Program-made: the position numbers and the translations under genes
The notes under the pieces: generated by a model
Told to the model about the DNA's origin: nothing
Database searches by the model: none
The model's input: only the letters and a program-made list of their open reading frames with translations
Assembly (NCBI GenBank): GCA_021325135.1
Contig: JAJPHT010000030.1
Coordinates: 64,001-128,000 of the forward strand
Length of the DNA: 64,000 nt
Direction: 5' to 3'
From: Pseudomonadota bacterium
Lineage (GTDB): Archaea > Thermoplasmatota > SW-10-69-26 > JACQPN01 > JAJPHT01
Shown: positions 10,101 through 19,623 of the stretch, one piece after another
Layout of the letters: each line of letters begins with the position of its first letter
Numbering within the stretch: position 1 is the stretch's first letter

Positions 10101-13100
10101 ATCCCATCGATGACGACAGCGGGGTAGCCTGCGGGGGGCGCGTCGTTGTCCACGTCCGTGTAGCGGCCCTGGAAGCTCACTGGTGTGTCCTCGTAGCTCG
10201 CGGAGGGGAAGGTCTCCAGGCTAGTCCACGTGGGCGGGCTGTTCGTGGTCACGTTGCCCAGGCTGTTGGTCGAGGTGCCGCGTTCGTTCTTGATGATGAG
10301 GCGGTACTGGTACTGGGTGGCCTGGACCATGTTCGTCGCGGTCTGCGAGACTTGGATGGGTGTGGTGCCGGTGTAGTGGACGGGTGTGGTGTTCTGTGTG
10401 GCTCCTCCGGGGGTTCCGTACTGGAACCAAGCGAGAACGCCGGCGCTATCGCCGCCGGTGTCGGTGATGTTGCCGTTGAGAACGGCGCTCGTTCTGCCCA
10501 CGTTGTTGGCTGCACTCGTCGTGCCGGCGGCGAAGTCCACGACGTCGTGGGCCTGCTGCGTGGTGGGCGCGACGACGCCATACTCGTCCGTGGCGGTGGC
10601 CGTCACGAGGTACGTGCCGCGCGAGGAGTACGTGTGGGTCAGGCTGAAGGTCGTGCCGCTGCTGACGTTGCCGCTGGCCGGGAAGGTGCTGGTGTTGGTG
10701 CCGTCCTTCCAGTCGATCGAGTATGTGAGGTTCGCACCTTGCGGGTGCACGGCGCTCCCGTTGGCCCACACAAGCTCGCTGCGGGCGGTCACGCTGGGCG
10801 AAACGCTCAGGGTGGGCGCGCCCGCGCCGTTGTCGGCCGTCGAGACAGTGCGGTCGCCGCCGTCCGAGGTGCCCATGCTGTTCTGCATCATGAGTTTGTA
10901 ATGGAACAGCGTGTTCGTGGCCAAGCCGGGGACTTGGACGCTGAAGGAGCCCGTGGCCGAGCGGGTCACGTGCGAGGTGGAGCTGCCGTAGCTCGTCGTT
11001 TGGCCGTAGACGAACCACGTGTCCACGCTACTGAGCCCATTCATGCTTGAGACCGTGCCGTTGAGCGTCAGGCTGGTCAGGCCGCCCCAGGATGGATCAG
11101 TGCTGCCCACGGCGACGTCGCGGATGTTCACGTTCCCCGTGTTGCTGTTGGATAGGCCGAACTGGTCCGTGACGGTCACGGTCGCGGTGTACGTGCCCAC
11201 GGCCCCGTAGTTGTGCTGGGCGGAGTACGATGTCCCACTCGCGAAGGGCCCCAGGGGGGGCGAGGTCGTGCTGTCGCCCCACGCGATGGTGTACGTGAGC
11301 GTGGATCCGCCCGTGGCGCTTCCGTTGAGCCAGGTAGGCTGGTTGGGGAACTGCGGATTGGGTCCCTGCGCGATCGTGGGCGCGCTGGGCTTCGAGCGCA
11401 GCGTCGCCGTCAGCGTGTACTGGCCCGAGCCCTGCACCGCGTTGACCATGATGTACCACGTGCCCGCGCCGGCGGGCGTCTTCGCGATGGACTCCGAGCT
11501 CGTGCTGCCCGTGCTGCTGGCGTCGAAGCTGGTCGTGGTGGGCTCGCTGCCGAGCTTCGCGTAGAGGTCATAGTTGGTGCCGCTGGGTCCCGTGAGCACG
11601 ACGCTGAGTTGGTCCGCGCCGCTGGGCAGGCTGATCTGGTAGTAGTCCGACTCGCCCGCGCCCGCGATGCTCTGCGTGAGCGCGACACCGTTGGTGAGAG
11701 CGGCGTCGGTGATGGTCACGGCCTGGGGGGCGCTTGTGGTGGAGGCGCCGTTCGTGTCGGTCACCGTGAGCTGGATCTGGTAGGTGCCGCTCTTGGTGTA
11801 GCGGTGGCTCGCGGTGGCGGTGCTGACGCCGGCTGTGTTGTCGCCCCAGTTCCACGAGTAGGTGATGGGATCGCCGTCAGGATCGCTACTCGTGCTTCCA
11901 TCCACGTTGACCACGTCGATCGTGGTTGCGCTGGTCTTGTCTTTGGTGAAGTTGGCGAAGGGCGGGCTGTTGGAGCCGGTGTAGTGGTAGGTGCGGCCGC
12001 TGAAGTCGTCGGTCCAGCCTTCGTTGTTCCCCTGGAACCCAATCCCAGCGAACCCGTTATCACTGGCGAAGATGCCAGCAGTCCACTTGGTCCAGGTACC
12101 GCTGACGTAGCGGTACATGGCCGCATTTCCGGAGGCGTTGGAGCCCACGGCCCACGCCTCCCTCGTGCTGTCGCCGTAGATGCCTACGCCAATGAAGTCG
12201 GTGCCCGCAGGCAGGTTGGCGTTCGTCCAGGACGTGCAGGGGAGCTGGCAGTACGCTGCCTTGATGCCGTTGATGGCCCAGAGGACCGTGCGGTTCGAGT
12301 TCAGCACGACCGAGTCAGCGTACGGGGCGGGGACGAAGGGGATGTTCGTCGCGGTCGTGAGGGAGTTGTGGGCGAGGTCGTACTTCAGGAGCGTGCTGGT
12401 TTGCTTGTCGTAGACGAAGCAGTCGCTGTCGTCGAAGCAACGGGTGTGGTTGAACCCGTGGCCATTGTTGACGACGCGCGTCCAGCTTGAGCCATCGTAG
12501 TGGTAAATGCCGAGCTCGCCGGCGGCCCAGACGTCGGTGCTCGTGAGCGAGTCCACATCGTAGAAGGTTCCACAGCCCGTGGTGGGGTTGGAGCCCGAGA
12601 ACTGCCAATCGCCGGTGAAGGAGCTTGCTCCTTCGTTGGCCGGGTTGAAGGCGAGACGCAGGATCCAGCCGACGCTGGGGGTCTGCCCGCAGTCGTTGCC
12701 GCCCACGTACCAGGCCTCAGAGGGGCCCGTAGACGCGACCGCGCGGTCGTGCGCGCGGTTCTGGTCAACGTCGTTGGGGAAGAGGCACCCTGGCGATCCG
12801 CCGTTGCAGTTCACGGTGGGTCCCCAGATCATGCCGTCCCAGACGACGGCGCGGTTGAAGCCGCCCGAGAGGAACGCGTTGTTGGGGTTGTTGGGGGCGA
12901 TGGTCGCGTAGGTCAGCGGGGCGGGAGTGATGGAGGAGCTTCCGAACCATGCCCACGCCTTGGAGAAGTGGGCGAAGGTGAGGACGTAGTCGTTGATGCC
13001 GTCGCCGTCGACGTCGCGCCAGGCGATGGTGGTGCTCGCGGCGTGGCTGGGGTCAATGCTGGGCGGGGCATACGTCGAGGCGTACCCCAGCGCGCGCAGG

Positions 13101-16100
13101 GTCGCGCCGTAGACGACGATCGTGCTGCCCGTCGTGCTGTGGTCGCTGGGCTCGAAGACGAGGCGGGTGGCCGGCTTGTTGCCCACATGCGAATTCGCCG
13201 GGGTCTCCTCGAAGCTCCAGTCGAACGCCCGCGGGCTGGGCGCTCCGATGTCTGCCGCGGCGAGGGTGCCCTGCGGGATCGAGAACGTGACGCCCGTGGA
13301 GCTGAGCGTGGTCTGGGGCGCGCCGTACCAGGCTGGGCTCGCGCTGGAGGGAGCCGGATTGGTGAGGCCCGTTGCGGCGGCCTGCGCTTGGACGAAGGCG
13401 ACCACCTGGGGGGCAAGGCTCGCAGCCTGGTATTCCGTGCGCAGTTGCGTGAGGAGGCCGCGCATGGCGAAGCTCGCGTTGGCGCCGAAGAGGCGCATGC
13501 CTTGCGTGGTGGGGAACTGGGCGCAGGATCCGTCGCGGAGGAACGCGTTGTACGAGAGGCACTGCGTCTGCGCGCCAGAGTCGCTGTACCAGGGCGTGTG
13601 GCCGTTGGGCACGGCGGGCGCGTTCTGCATGTTGATGAAGTGCCAACTCACGTGCAGCGCGTCCATGTTGGGGAGGCTGCTCTGGGGGAGGCTGGCGTCG
13701 ATGCTCATGCCGGCGAGCGTGAGGGTCACGCCGGTGACGTCTGTGTCGCGGATGAGCGTCCACGTTCCTTCGGCGCCGGTGCCAGCGAGGAAGTCGAGCG
13801 GCACGCCGGCCTGAAGCCCGGGTGTTGCGGGGGTCTTGACGAGGTTGAACGTCATGCCCGCGTTGAGGTGCTGGCGCAGCACGCTGTCCAGGAACATGCC
13901 TGGCTGGGCCTGCACGGTGGGCGAGAGGCCGGTCGTGGCGTAGTAGCTGCTCAGTTCCGAGAAGAACTGGGCGTAGGAGATTTGGGATCTCGTCGTAGAG
14001 GTGGCGCCGTTGCCGATCTCGACGAGCGAGGTGCTCTTCCAGTCGGGCGGGACGAGGATCGCGATCTGCATGCCCGTCTTGGCGACGCTGAAGGCGAGCG
14101 CGTTCTGCGCAGGGTCGGTGCCGACGAGGACCGCCGTGGCCGCGGGGTCGTTGGTGAGGTCCGCGAAGTCGGGCACGCCGTCGTTGTTGCTGTCGGTGAT
14201 CTGCTCGCCGTCGTTGACCAGTTGCGTCGTCTCCCGGAGGCTGGAGTGCTCCCAGTCCACGCCCGTGAGCGGGCCTTGGACGTACGAGGCCAGCGCAGTG
14301 GAGAGCGGGTCGAGGGCGGCGGTGCGGGTGGGCTCGAGGATGTTGGGGACGCCGTCTGCGTCGTCGTCCGTGTAGGGCGTGCTGCTCGCGTTGAAGGGGT
14401 CCGAGTGGCCGCGGATCTCGGCCTTGTCCGAGAAGCCATCGCTGTCCGAGTCGATTTCGTAGCGCAGGCGCGTGTCGTTGGTTGTCTCCTCGGGGTTCGA
14501 CGTGCTCGTGAGGCCCGTGTCGTAGCGGGCCGTGGCTTGGTTGTGCCAGTTCCAGTGCAGGATGGGTTGGTTCTGGGCGCTGACCTTGCCGTTGCCGGTG
14601 CCCTCGATGGCTTCGCTGGCGGGGCTGACGTCGTCGAACGTCTTGCCCCCCACCACAAGCTGCGTGCCGCCCACGCCCAGAAGGGTGGGGGCCCCGTGGA
14701 TCGTCCACGTGCCGCTGGTGGGCTGGCCGACCCAGACGCCGTTGGTCACAACGAAGCTCGTATTCGAGACGGGCGTCGGGTTGCCGCCCACGACAAGGGC
14801 CTGGCGCGCGGTGAGCGTGCCGTCGGCGGCGAGGCGCGCGACGACGTCGCCGTTGTTGCCCGTATACTTCACGCTGACCGTCTGGCCGTTGGGCGTCGTG
14901 AAGTTGGCCGTTTTGCCGCTGGATTCGAAGTAGGCGTAGAATGCATCAGCGCTTGTCGTGTAGGCGTTGTAGGGCTGCAGGGGAGACGTGCCCGTGGCGA
15001 GGCTCGTGACGAGGAAGTCGCTCACGTACCATCCTTCGCTCTGGAGGGCGTCGTCGCTGGTGAAGACGAACCGGAGCTGGACCTTGCGGTAGGCATAGGG
15101 GCTGAGGTCGAACGTGGTCAGCCTCCAGCCCAAGGAGTTGCCGCTCCAGCCCAAGCTGCCGTCGGGGAGCCGGTCGTAGAGGAGCCCAGTGGCGGGTCGG
15201 AGGACTTGCCAGGTGGCGCCGCCATCCGGGCTGATCTCGACGTGGGCGCTGTCGTTGCCGTACTCCGTGTGGAACCACTGCTCGAAGCTGAAGCTGCCCT
15301 GTCCCACGCCGCTCAGATCCAGCGTCGGGAGCTGGAGGAGGCTGTGCGAGGAGGCAGGGTAGGGCGCGAAGGGCGCGACGCTCCAGGCGTGAAGCGTCGA
15401 GTCACCGCGCTGGGGACCCGTCGTGGGCACGGCGAGCGTCCACGTGCCCGTCTTGGTCCAGACGTTCTCCATCGAGTCGCTGAACACCTGGGATCCATCG
15501 GCGGTGACCTGGAGGTCGTCGAGGAACCAGCCGCGCGCCTGCTGGAGCGCGTCGCTGCGGAACTCGAACTGGACGTCGATGGGGCCTCCGGCGTAGGGCG
15601 AGAGGTCGAAGGTCGCGGCCTTCCAACCGCCGCTGGATCCAGCGTAGCCCTGGCTACCGTCCATGAGTTGGGCGTAGGCGGGGCCCGAGGAGGGCGTCAG
15701 GAGCGTACGCTGGCCGTTGGCCTGGACCCAGACTTGGCCCGCGTCGTAGCTGTCCGCCGTTTCGAAAAGCGTGTTGAACGAGAGCGTGGCGCTCGCCTTG
15801 CCGGTGAGGTCCACCGCGAAGTGGAACGTCCCATCAGCAAGCGGCGGGTAGTTCCCCGCCAGCGTCGTGCCCCATGCCATGGAGCCTGAGTGGCCCGTGG
15901 TGGGCAGGTCGGCCTCGGGGCCTTCGGCCCAGATGGCGGAGGTGCCATTGTTGGTCACGTTGTAGGCGGTCTGGCCGGCGCCGGCATCGTACGTGGCGTC
16001 GTCCAAGTTGGGGGCGAAGATGATGCCCGCCAGCAGGGTGTAGCTGACCTGCCAGGAGGAGTTGGCGTCGGCGCGGGCGGCGACCTTGAGGTAGTGCGGG

Positions 16101-18073
16101 CCGGGCGTGAGCGGGGGAACCTGGACGCTGCGGTTGATCGTGTACGCGATCAGGTCGCCGTGGGCGGAGTGCTGGTTGCTCCCGCTGTCGAGGAGCTGGC
16201 CGTCGGGAGAGTTCGCACTGGTGCCGTCGAGCAGGATCTTCCAGTCGTTCTGGATCGAGCAGGAGTCGGTGGGACGGCACTGCTTCTGGAAGACGCTGTA
16301 GTTGCTCAGGACCTGGATCTGCGTGTTGCCCGTCGTCGTGGTCGCGTTGAGCTGCGGCGTGCTGGGTCCGATAAGGTAGCCGGGCGCGGGTGCGTCGAGG
16401 TGGAACGAGAGGCTCGACTCGTTCCACTGCGTGCTGCCCACGCGCGGATCCGCCGCGACCTGGAGCAAGTGTGTGCCGTCCGCGCCGGTGGGATGCGTCG
16501 TCGTGCTGACGCTGTAGGTGACGATCTCGGCGTGGCCGGGGTGCGTGTTCGTCCCGTTGGCGAGCATCGCGCCATCGACGCCGCCCGGCGTGCCATCCTC
16601 AAGGACCATCCACTGGTGATCGACCGGGCACGTCTGGCTGGGGTCGCATTGGCTGACGGCGACTTGGTAGGTGAAGTTGACCGTGCGCGGGTCGCCCGTC
16701 CAGCCCGTCGTCGGGTAGATGCTGACGCCGGTGGGCGCCCAGGCCTGGTCGGGCTTGGGCGTGCTGTTTGCCTCTGCGCTGGCGGTGCCTTCGCCCACGA
16801 GGTTCGTGGCCGTGACGGTGTAGAACCAGGCCGTGCCGTTGGGGCGGTGCGTGTCCGTGTAGGTGCGGTTCGCGCCGATCTGGGCGAGGAGGGCTTCTGA
16901 GCCGGTCGTGTTGCCGCGGTAGATGGTGTAGTTCGTGACCGGCGTCCCGCCGCTCGATACGGGCGCGTTCCACGTGAGCGCGATTTCACCCACGTTCACG
17001 CCGGACGCGGCCTTGAGGTTCTGGGGCGGGCTTGGGTAGTTGAAGGTCGTGGCGCTCGCTTCGTTGCTGGCCGGACTCGCGCCGACGGCGTTGACGGCCT
17101 TGACGACGTAGTACGCCTTCACGCCGTTGCCCAGGCCAGAGTCGGTGAATGACTGAATCGTGGTGTTCGCCACGAGAGTCGTCTCGTTGCCCGTCGCGTT
17201 GCCGCGGTAGAGCAGGTAGTTGAGGATGGGCATGCCGCCGTCGTCCGAGGGAACGCTCCAGTTGAGAGCGATCTGGCCGGCGCCGGGGCCCGCGAGAGCG
17301 GCGAGGGTGGGCGCTTGTGGCGGATCCGGCAGCGTGACCTGCAAGTCGTCGTAGAAGACAGGGTGGGGCGGTTGGCCTACGAGTGGGTCCGTGCCGTAGT
17401 AGTAGTTGTCGAACGTGAGGGAATTCAGATGGCTCGCATTGGCTGAGATGCCCACGCTGGAGCTGCTGGCAAGGAGGTGCCCAGTGAGGTCGCGTACCTC
17501 GCCATGTACTTGGCCGTCGATGACATCCAGCTTAAGGACGAGCCGGTACCAGGTCTGCTGTGTGTAGCCGAACGTCTGGTGGCTGGGCGTGGTGAAGAGC
17601 GAGGTGGCGCTGCTCTTCGTGATGAGGCGCAGGTTGTTGTTGCCCGCGCCGTAGGTCAGATTGGCTTGAACCCACTCTCCGCCCGGGAAGCGAAGGGTCA
17701 GCGCGCTGCTATCGGTGCCCCCGGTCCACTGGTTGTAGAAGTCCACACCCACCTCATACCCAGACCCAGTGATGTTCAGGGTGGGACTCGCAGTGGCCGT
17801 GACGGTCTGGCCCGTGGTCTGGGCCTGGACCTCCAAGACACAAGGCGGTGTCACAGCTGTCACGTCATGCGGGTTGCAATCCTGGCCTGCGAAGGTCGGC
17901 GTGGGCGGGTTGTACGTCCAGACCGTGTTGGGCAGGTCCCATTCCTCCTGGAACAGGACCGCACCCGCCTGCGCCGTGTCGGCAAGGAAGGGAAGCATGG
18001 GCAGGCCGGCGAAGAGGAGGGTGGCGACGCTGAAGAGGGAGAAAGCGCGGGCTGGGAGGAACTGCTTCTGCAT
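7190..18073 (-). CDS. Giant (3627 aa) secreted multidomain surface protein: FN3 x2, MAM/InhA-like jellyrolls x3, TSP3-like Ca-binding repeats, beta-propeller, PKD, PPC, hydrophobic hairpin and divergent C-terminal domain
   Basis: Signal peptide MQKQFLPARAFSLFSVATLLFAGLPML. FN3: IALNWSVPSDDGG..ILNYLLYRG...YYVVKAVNAVG. MAM-like: DLSPYAG...QFEFRSDALQQARGWFLDD. TSP3-like: DSDSDGFSD, DRDNDGIPD, DSDGDGLTD. PKD: DGSTSSDPDGDPITYSWNWGD. PPC: LTGPSGTNYDLY. Confidence 0.9.
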   Translation of the reverse strand: MQKQFLPARAFSLFSVATLLFAGLPMLPFLADTAQAGAVLFQEEWDLPNTVWTYNPPTPTFAGQDCNPHDVTAVTPPCVLEVQAQTTGQTVTATASPTLNITGSGYEVGVDFYNQWTGGTDSSALTLRFPGGEWVQANLTYGAGNNNLRLITKSSATSLFTTPSHQTFGYTQQTWYRLVLKLDVIDGQVHGEVRDLTGHLLASSSSVGISANASHLNSLTFDNYYYGTDPLVGQPPHPVFYDDLQVTLPDPPQAPTLAALAGPGAGQIALNWSVPSDDGGMPILNYLLYRGNATGNETTLVANTTIQSFTDSGLGNGVKAYYVVKAVNAVGASPASNEASATTFNYPSPPQNLKAASGVNVGEIALTWNAPVSSGGTPVTNYTIYRGNTTGSEALLAQIGANRTYTDTHRPNGTAWFYTVTATNLVGEGTASAEANSTPKPDQAWAPTGVSIYPTTGWTGDPRTVNFTYQVAVSQCDPSQTCPVDHQWMVLEDGTPGGVDGAMLANGTNTHPGHAEIVTYSVSTTTHPTGADGTHLLQVAADPRVGSTQWNESSLSFHLDAPAPGYLIGPSTPQLNATTTTGNTQIQVLSNYSVFQKQCRPTDSCSIQNDWKILLDGTSANSPDGQLLDSGSNQHSAHGDLIAYTINRSVQVPPLTPGPHYLKVAARADANSSWQVSYTLLAGIIFAPNLDDATYDAGAGQTAYNVTNNGTSAIWAEGPEADLPTTGHSGSMAWGTTLAGNYPPLADGTFHFAVDLTGKASATLSFNTLFETADSYDAGQVWVQANGQRTLLTPSSGPAYAQLMDGSQGYAGSSGGWKAATFDLSPYAGGPIDVQFEFRSDALQQARGWFLDDLQVTADGSQVFSDSMENVWTKTGTWTLAVPTTGPQRGDSTLHAWSVAPFAPYPASSHSLLQLPTLDLSGVGQGSFSFEQWFHTEYGNDSAHVEISPDGGATWQVLRPATGLLYDRLPDGSLGWSGNSLGWRLTTFDLSPYAYRKVQLRFVFTSDDALQSEGWYVSDFLVTSLATGTSPLQPYNAYTTSADAFYAYFESSGKTANFTTPNGQTVSVKYTGNNGDVVARLAADGTLTARQALVVGGNPTPVSNTSFVVTNGVWVGQPTSGTWTIHGAPTLLGVGGTQLVVGGKTFDDVSPASEAIEGTGNGKVSAQNQPILHWNWHNQATARYDTGLTSTSNPEETTNDTRLRYEIDSDSDGFSDKAEIRGHSDPFNASSTPYTDDDADGVPNILEPTRTAALDPLSTALASYVQGPLTGVDWEHSSLRETTQLVNDGEQITDSNNDGVPDFADLTNDPAATAVLVGTDPAQNALAFSVAKTGMQIAILVPPDWKSTSLVEIGNGATSTTRSQISYAQFFSELSSYYATTGLSPTVQAQPGMFLDSVLRQHLNAGMTFNLVKTPATPGLQAGVPLDFLAGTGAEGTWTLIRDTDVTGVTLTLAGMSIDASLPQSSLPNMDALHVSWHFINMQNAPAVPNGHTPWYSDSGAQTQCLSYNAFLRDGSCAQFPTTQGMRLFGANASFAMRGLLTQLRTEYQAASLAPQVVAFVQAQAAATGLTNPAPSSASPAWYGAPQTTLSSTGVTFSIPQGTLAAADIGAPSPRAFDWSFEETPANSHVGNKPATRLVFEPSDHSTTGSTIVVYGATLRALGYASTYAPPSIDPSHAASTTIAWRDVDGDGINDYVLTFAHFSKAWAWFGSSSITPAPLTYATIAPNNPNNAFLSGGFNRAVVWDGMIWGPTVNCNGGSPGCLFPNDVDQNRAHDRAVASTGPSEAWYVGGNDCGQTPSVGWILRLAFNPANEGASSFTGDWQFSGSNPTTGCGTFYDVDSLTSTDVWAAGELGIYHYDGSSWTRVVNNGHGFNHTRCFDDSDCFVYDKQTSTLLKYDLAHNSLTTATNIPFVPAPYADSVVLNSNRTVLWAINGIKAAYCQLPCTSWTNANLPAGTDFIGVGIYGDSTREAWAVGSNASGNAAMYRYVSGTWTKWTAGIFASDNGFAGIGFQGNNEGWTDDFSGRTYHYTGSNSPPFANFTKDKTSATTIDVVNVDGSTSSDPDGDPITYSWNWGDNTAGVSTATASHRYTKSGTYQIQLTVTDTNGASTTSAPQAVTITDAALTNGVALTQSIAGAGESDYYQISLPSGADQLSVVLTGPSGTNYDLYAKLGSEPTTTSFDASSTGSTSSESIAKTPAGAGTWYIMVNAVQGSGQYTLTATLRSKPSAPTIAQGPNPQFPNQPTWLNGSATGGSTLTYTIAWGDSTTSPPLGPFASGTSYSAQHNYGAVGTYTATVTVTDQFGLSNSNTGNVNIRDVAVGSTDPSWGGLTSLTLNGTVSSMNGLSSVDTWFVYGQTTSYGSSTSHVTRSATGSFSVQVPGLATNTLFHYKLMMQNSMGTSDGGDRTVSTADNGAGAPTLSVSPSVTARSELVWANGSAVHPQGANLTYSIDWKDGTNTSTFPASGNVSSGTTFSLTHTYSSRGTYLVTATATDEYGVVAPTTQQAHDVVDFAAGTTSAANNVGRTSAVLNGNITDTGGDSAGVLAWFQYGTPGGATQNTTPVHYTGTTPIQVSQTATNMVQATQYQYRLIIKNERGTSTNSLGNVTTNSPPTWTSLETFPSASYEDTPVSFQGRYTDVDNDAPPAGYPAVVIDGIRHVMTPISPCVYTCGVVYAYNTTLDPGTHSYKYVYTDGTGPEQSTTQASVGPVYRIVAMSATIKYDSTANGLPSPEWTRVETGKSATSQGPFWHTVNTPNAPGLRDAPDWPTGINTEPSVSLWFGDNATGTYANGTNEAHGSVITPPMHLELAQNPALTFWTYFETQDNGTQNDTKKVYVIGPDGHETQVDTLSAPYHGNHQWWPVSISLRQWQNQTVRVRFEFATGDGQANNYRGWFINQLTVGTDRDNDGIPDSVERNTTVMTIWRSPDGTGIVPGNSQLISHQWGLQASFPESVYAAVKLSGTCNVRVVLNTTDWSTTLMNGTCSGFGTGTAGLSDGSSLVLLTNLVQAGFNAKKLDTPQTFTLTVTTLGSGSVNQYGYFLLASGHTQYMLGDSDGDGLTDGAALNVAGVDPLSRDPDNDGFLNAFDTRPFTSDAPPSIDVLGPKTTSGWPTSLQAHLTSRYGISDARLVFTGSSGNSRELVPSNQDGNTWQWDFPSDLGAVSSVRLEVNDSLRNNAEVILTYNAQQHPQTIQTSLREWSETGIVIATTFAGSVATISPTADAVCVAITEGWCALALVAGGIVTVGIGTIVAQTYQHTPQQGTTQVVRDVYNPYDPRYTRGIVQDFPFSDFNIAAGSLGCSSALRLLAGPAAGAYATSDANGIVAAYSSAFTTGGYNAISDVQSKLRTELQGTKYVFQLDAFTGVLMYVDYAGKFIDRWHLQLDPTSCDPARITYEDRTPTNDPASVDQIIQLLGAATMWALMLKIVDHGKIEPQSFVHILDGKSGNAEVTRFPMPELPQALNDAVVRSVCDYTIIPGKVCDWANNKLQQQYELTIAMLAMNAAQGNARPCAYAPPWYWEDPSNLSKRCNTVGSMAPVASNNLNTVTISSSNGAWNDLGALVVGSPLDTDQVLNVPKELKSAEDTIKAWNAGHPATRSAYLPMVAVQNSVVEVYIELEPLAITFGC

Positions 18074-18094
18074 GGGAAATCACCATTTACGGGG

Positions 18095-19606
18095 TTAAGA
18101 GGGAAGTTTGGGGGCGGATTCGAGGCCGAGGTTCGTGTTGTAGGCGACGGTCATGATCGCGCCCATCGAGTTTCCGTACGACTCACCCGTGACGAAGACG
18201 TGCGCTCCATCCGGCGCGGCAGTCACCATCCAGACCTGCTGGAAGCCGTTGCCGGCCACCACGCGCCAGACTGGATGGCCATTGGTGGCGTTGAGCGAGA
18301 AGGTCTCGTAATGGCCCCCGAACCGGCCATCCGTAACCACGTCATGCCCCCCGCTGTCCGTTAGGTACACCCTCGAGCCATCAGGACTGAGAGTGATGTC
18401 GCTCTGGTAGAAGTCGCTCTGGGGAGTCGGGTAGACCGCGCCTGTCGGGGACCCATCGGAGACGTGAATGGGTAGCGCCCAAAGCGTCGAACCTGTGGCC
18501 GTGTCGTACGCGGCGACGGTTTCGGGCGTGCCAGCGAAGAGGCGAGTCCCGTCTGGGCTCAGCTTCACGACGCACTCACGCAGCACGCCGCGTGGCGTAA
18601 GGACTGGGCACGTTGCCGTGGCCTGGTTGGCCCAGCGCATTTCGCCCGTGAGGCTATCGTACGCCACGGCGCCTGCCGATCCCAAGACGTAGACTGCCCG
18701 ATTGATCGGGGAAGAGACGAGGCTGTATGCCTCGGAATCGGTGGGCGCGCCTTGGGCGTCTTGGCCGTGATAGCGCGCCAGCCAGCGTTGCGCACCGGTC
18801 GCGGCGTCGTACGCCAAAGTCGCGTACTCCATGGGACCGGGGGCACTTGCGCTGATGCCGGTCACGTAGATGGCGCCGCCGTCTGAGCTCGTTGCGATGG
18901 AGAAGGCGCTGTCGTACGCCCTGGGGTAATACTGGGGTGCTGTTCCACCTTCGCCGTCATACGAGGTTGACCAGACCGGGTTGCCGTTTGCACTGTCGTA
19001 GGCGACGGTGACGTAGTTGTCGCTCCTTTCTCCCGTCGTGTAGACGCGGGTACCGTCGGGAGAGACGGCCAAGGCGTATCCGAACGAGTTAGCCGGCACG
19101 GTCGCGTTCCAGGCGATCGTCCCGTTCGACGCATCCAACGCGAGTGTGAGGCCCTTCGAAGTCGTCAGGCCGCCGGGGCCGCCGATGAGAGTCCCGACGA
19201 CGTAGAGACGTGCGCCGTCGGGCGAAACGACCATCATGCGTTCCCCAGGGCTGTAGTCGGGCGCCGTGAAGGTCGTCGTCCAGACCGGGGCTCCTGTCTG
19301 GGAGTCGTAGGAGACGACGATAAGCTTGAGGGAGCTCGTAGAGAACGCGACGAAGACGTGCGAGCCATCGGGGCTGCTCGCCTCAGTGGGTTGGCTGTCT
19401 TCCGAGTGGTCGTCGAACACGGTCGACCAGGTCTCGCAGCCGATCGGGACCACGGTTCCGCACAGGGGGGGCGGCGCGAGCTCGGCGGAGCTCGTGGGGG
19501 CGAGGGACCACATGAGCAGCAGGGCGACGGCCAGCGTGATGGCGGCTCGGCCCGACTCCCTGGGTGGCGTCGTCACGCCCGTGTGAATCACGTGGAGCAT
19601 CTTCAC
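18095..19606 (-). CDS. Secreted PQQ-like/WD-type beta-propeller repeat protein
   Basis: Repeated SPDGxxV[YF]VTG...TVAYDxxTGxxxW blades; signal peptide; GGAGGAGG RBS upstream of GTG 19606. Confidence 0.85.
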   Translation of the reverse strand: MKMLHVIHTGVTTPPRESGRAAITLAVALLLMWSLAPTSSAELAPPPLCGTVVPIGCETWSTVFDDHSEDSQPTEASSPDGSHVFVAFSTSSLKLIVVSYDSQTGAPVWTTTFTAPDYSPGERMMVVSPDGARLYVVGTLIGGPGGLTTSKGLTLALDASNGTIAWNATVPANSFGYALAVSPDGTRVYTTGERSDNYVTVAYDSANGNPVWSTSYDGEGGTAPQYYPRAYDSAFSIATSSDGGAIYVTGISASAPGPMEYATLAYDAATGAQRWLARYHGQDAQGAPTDSEAYSLVSSPINRAVYVLGSAGAVAYDSLTGEMRWANQATATCPVLTPRGVLRECVVKLSPDGTRLFAGTPETVAAYDTATGSTLWALPIHVSDGSPTGAVYPTPQSDFYQSDITLSPDGSRVYLTDSGGHDVVTDGRFGGHYETFSLNATNGHPVWRVVAGNGFQQVWMVTAAPDGAHVFVTGESYGNSMGAIMTVAYNTNLGLESAPKLPS

Positions 19607-19623
19607 AATACCCCTCCTCCGTG

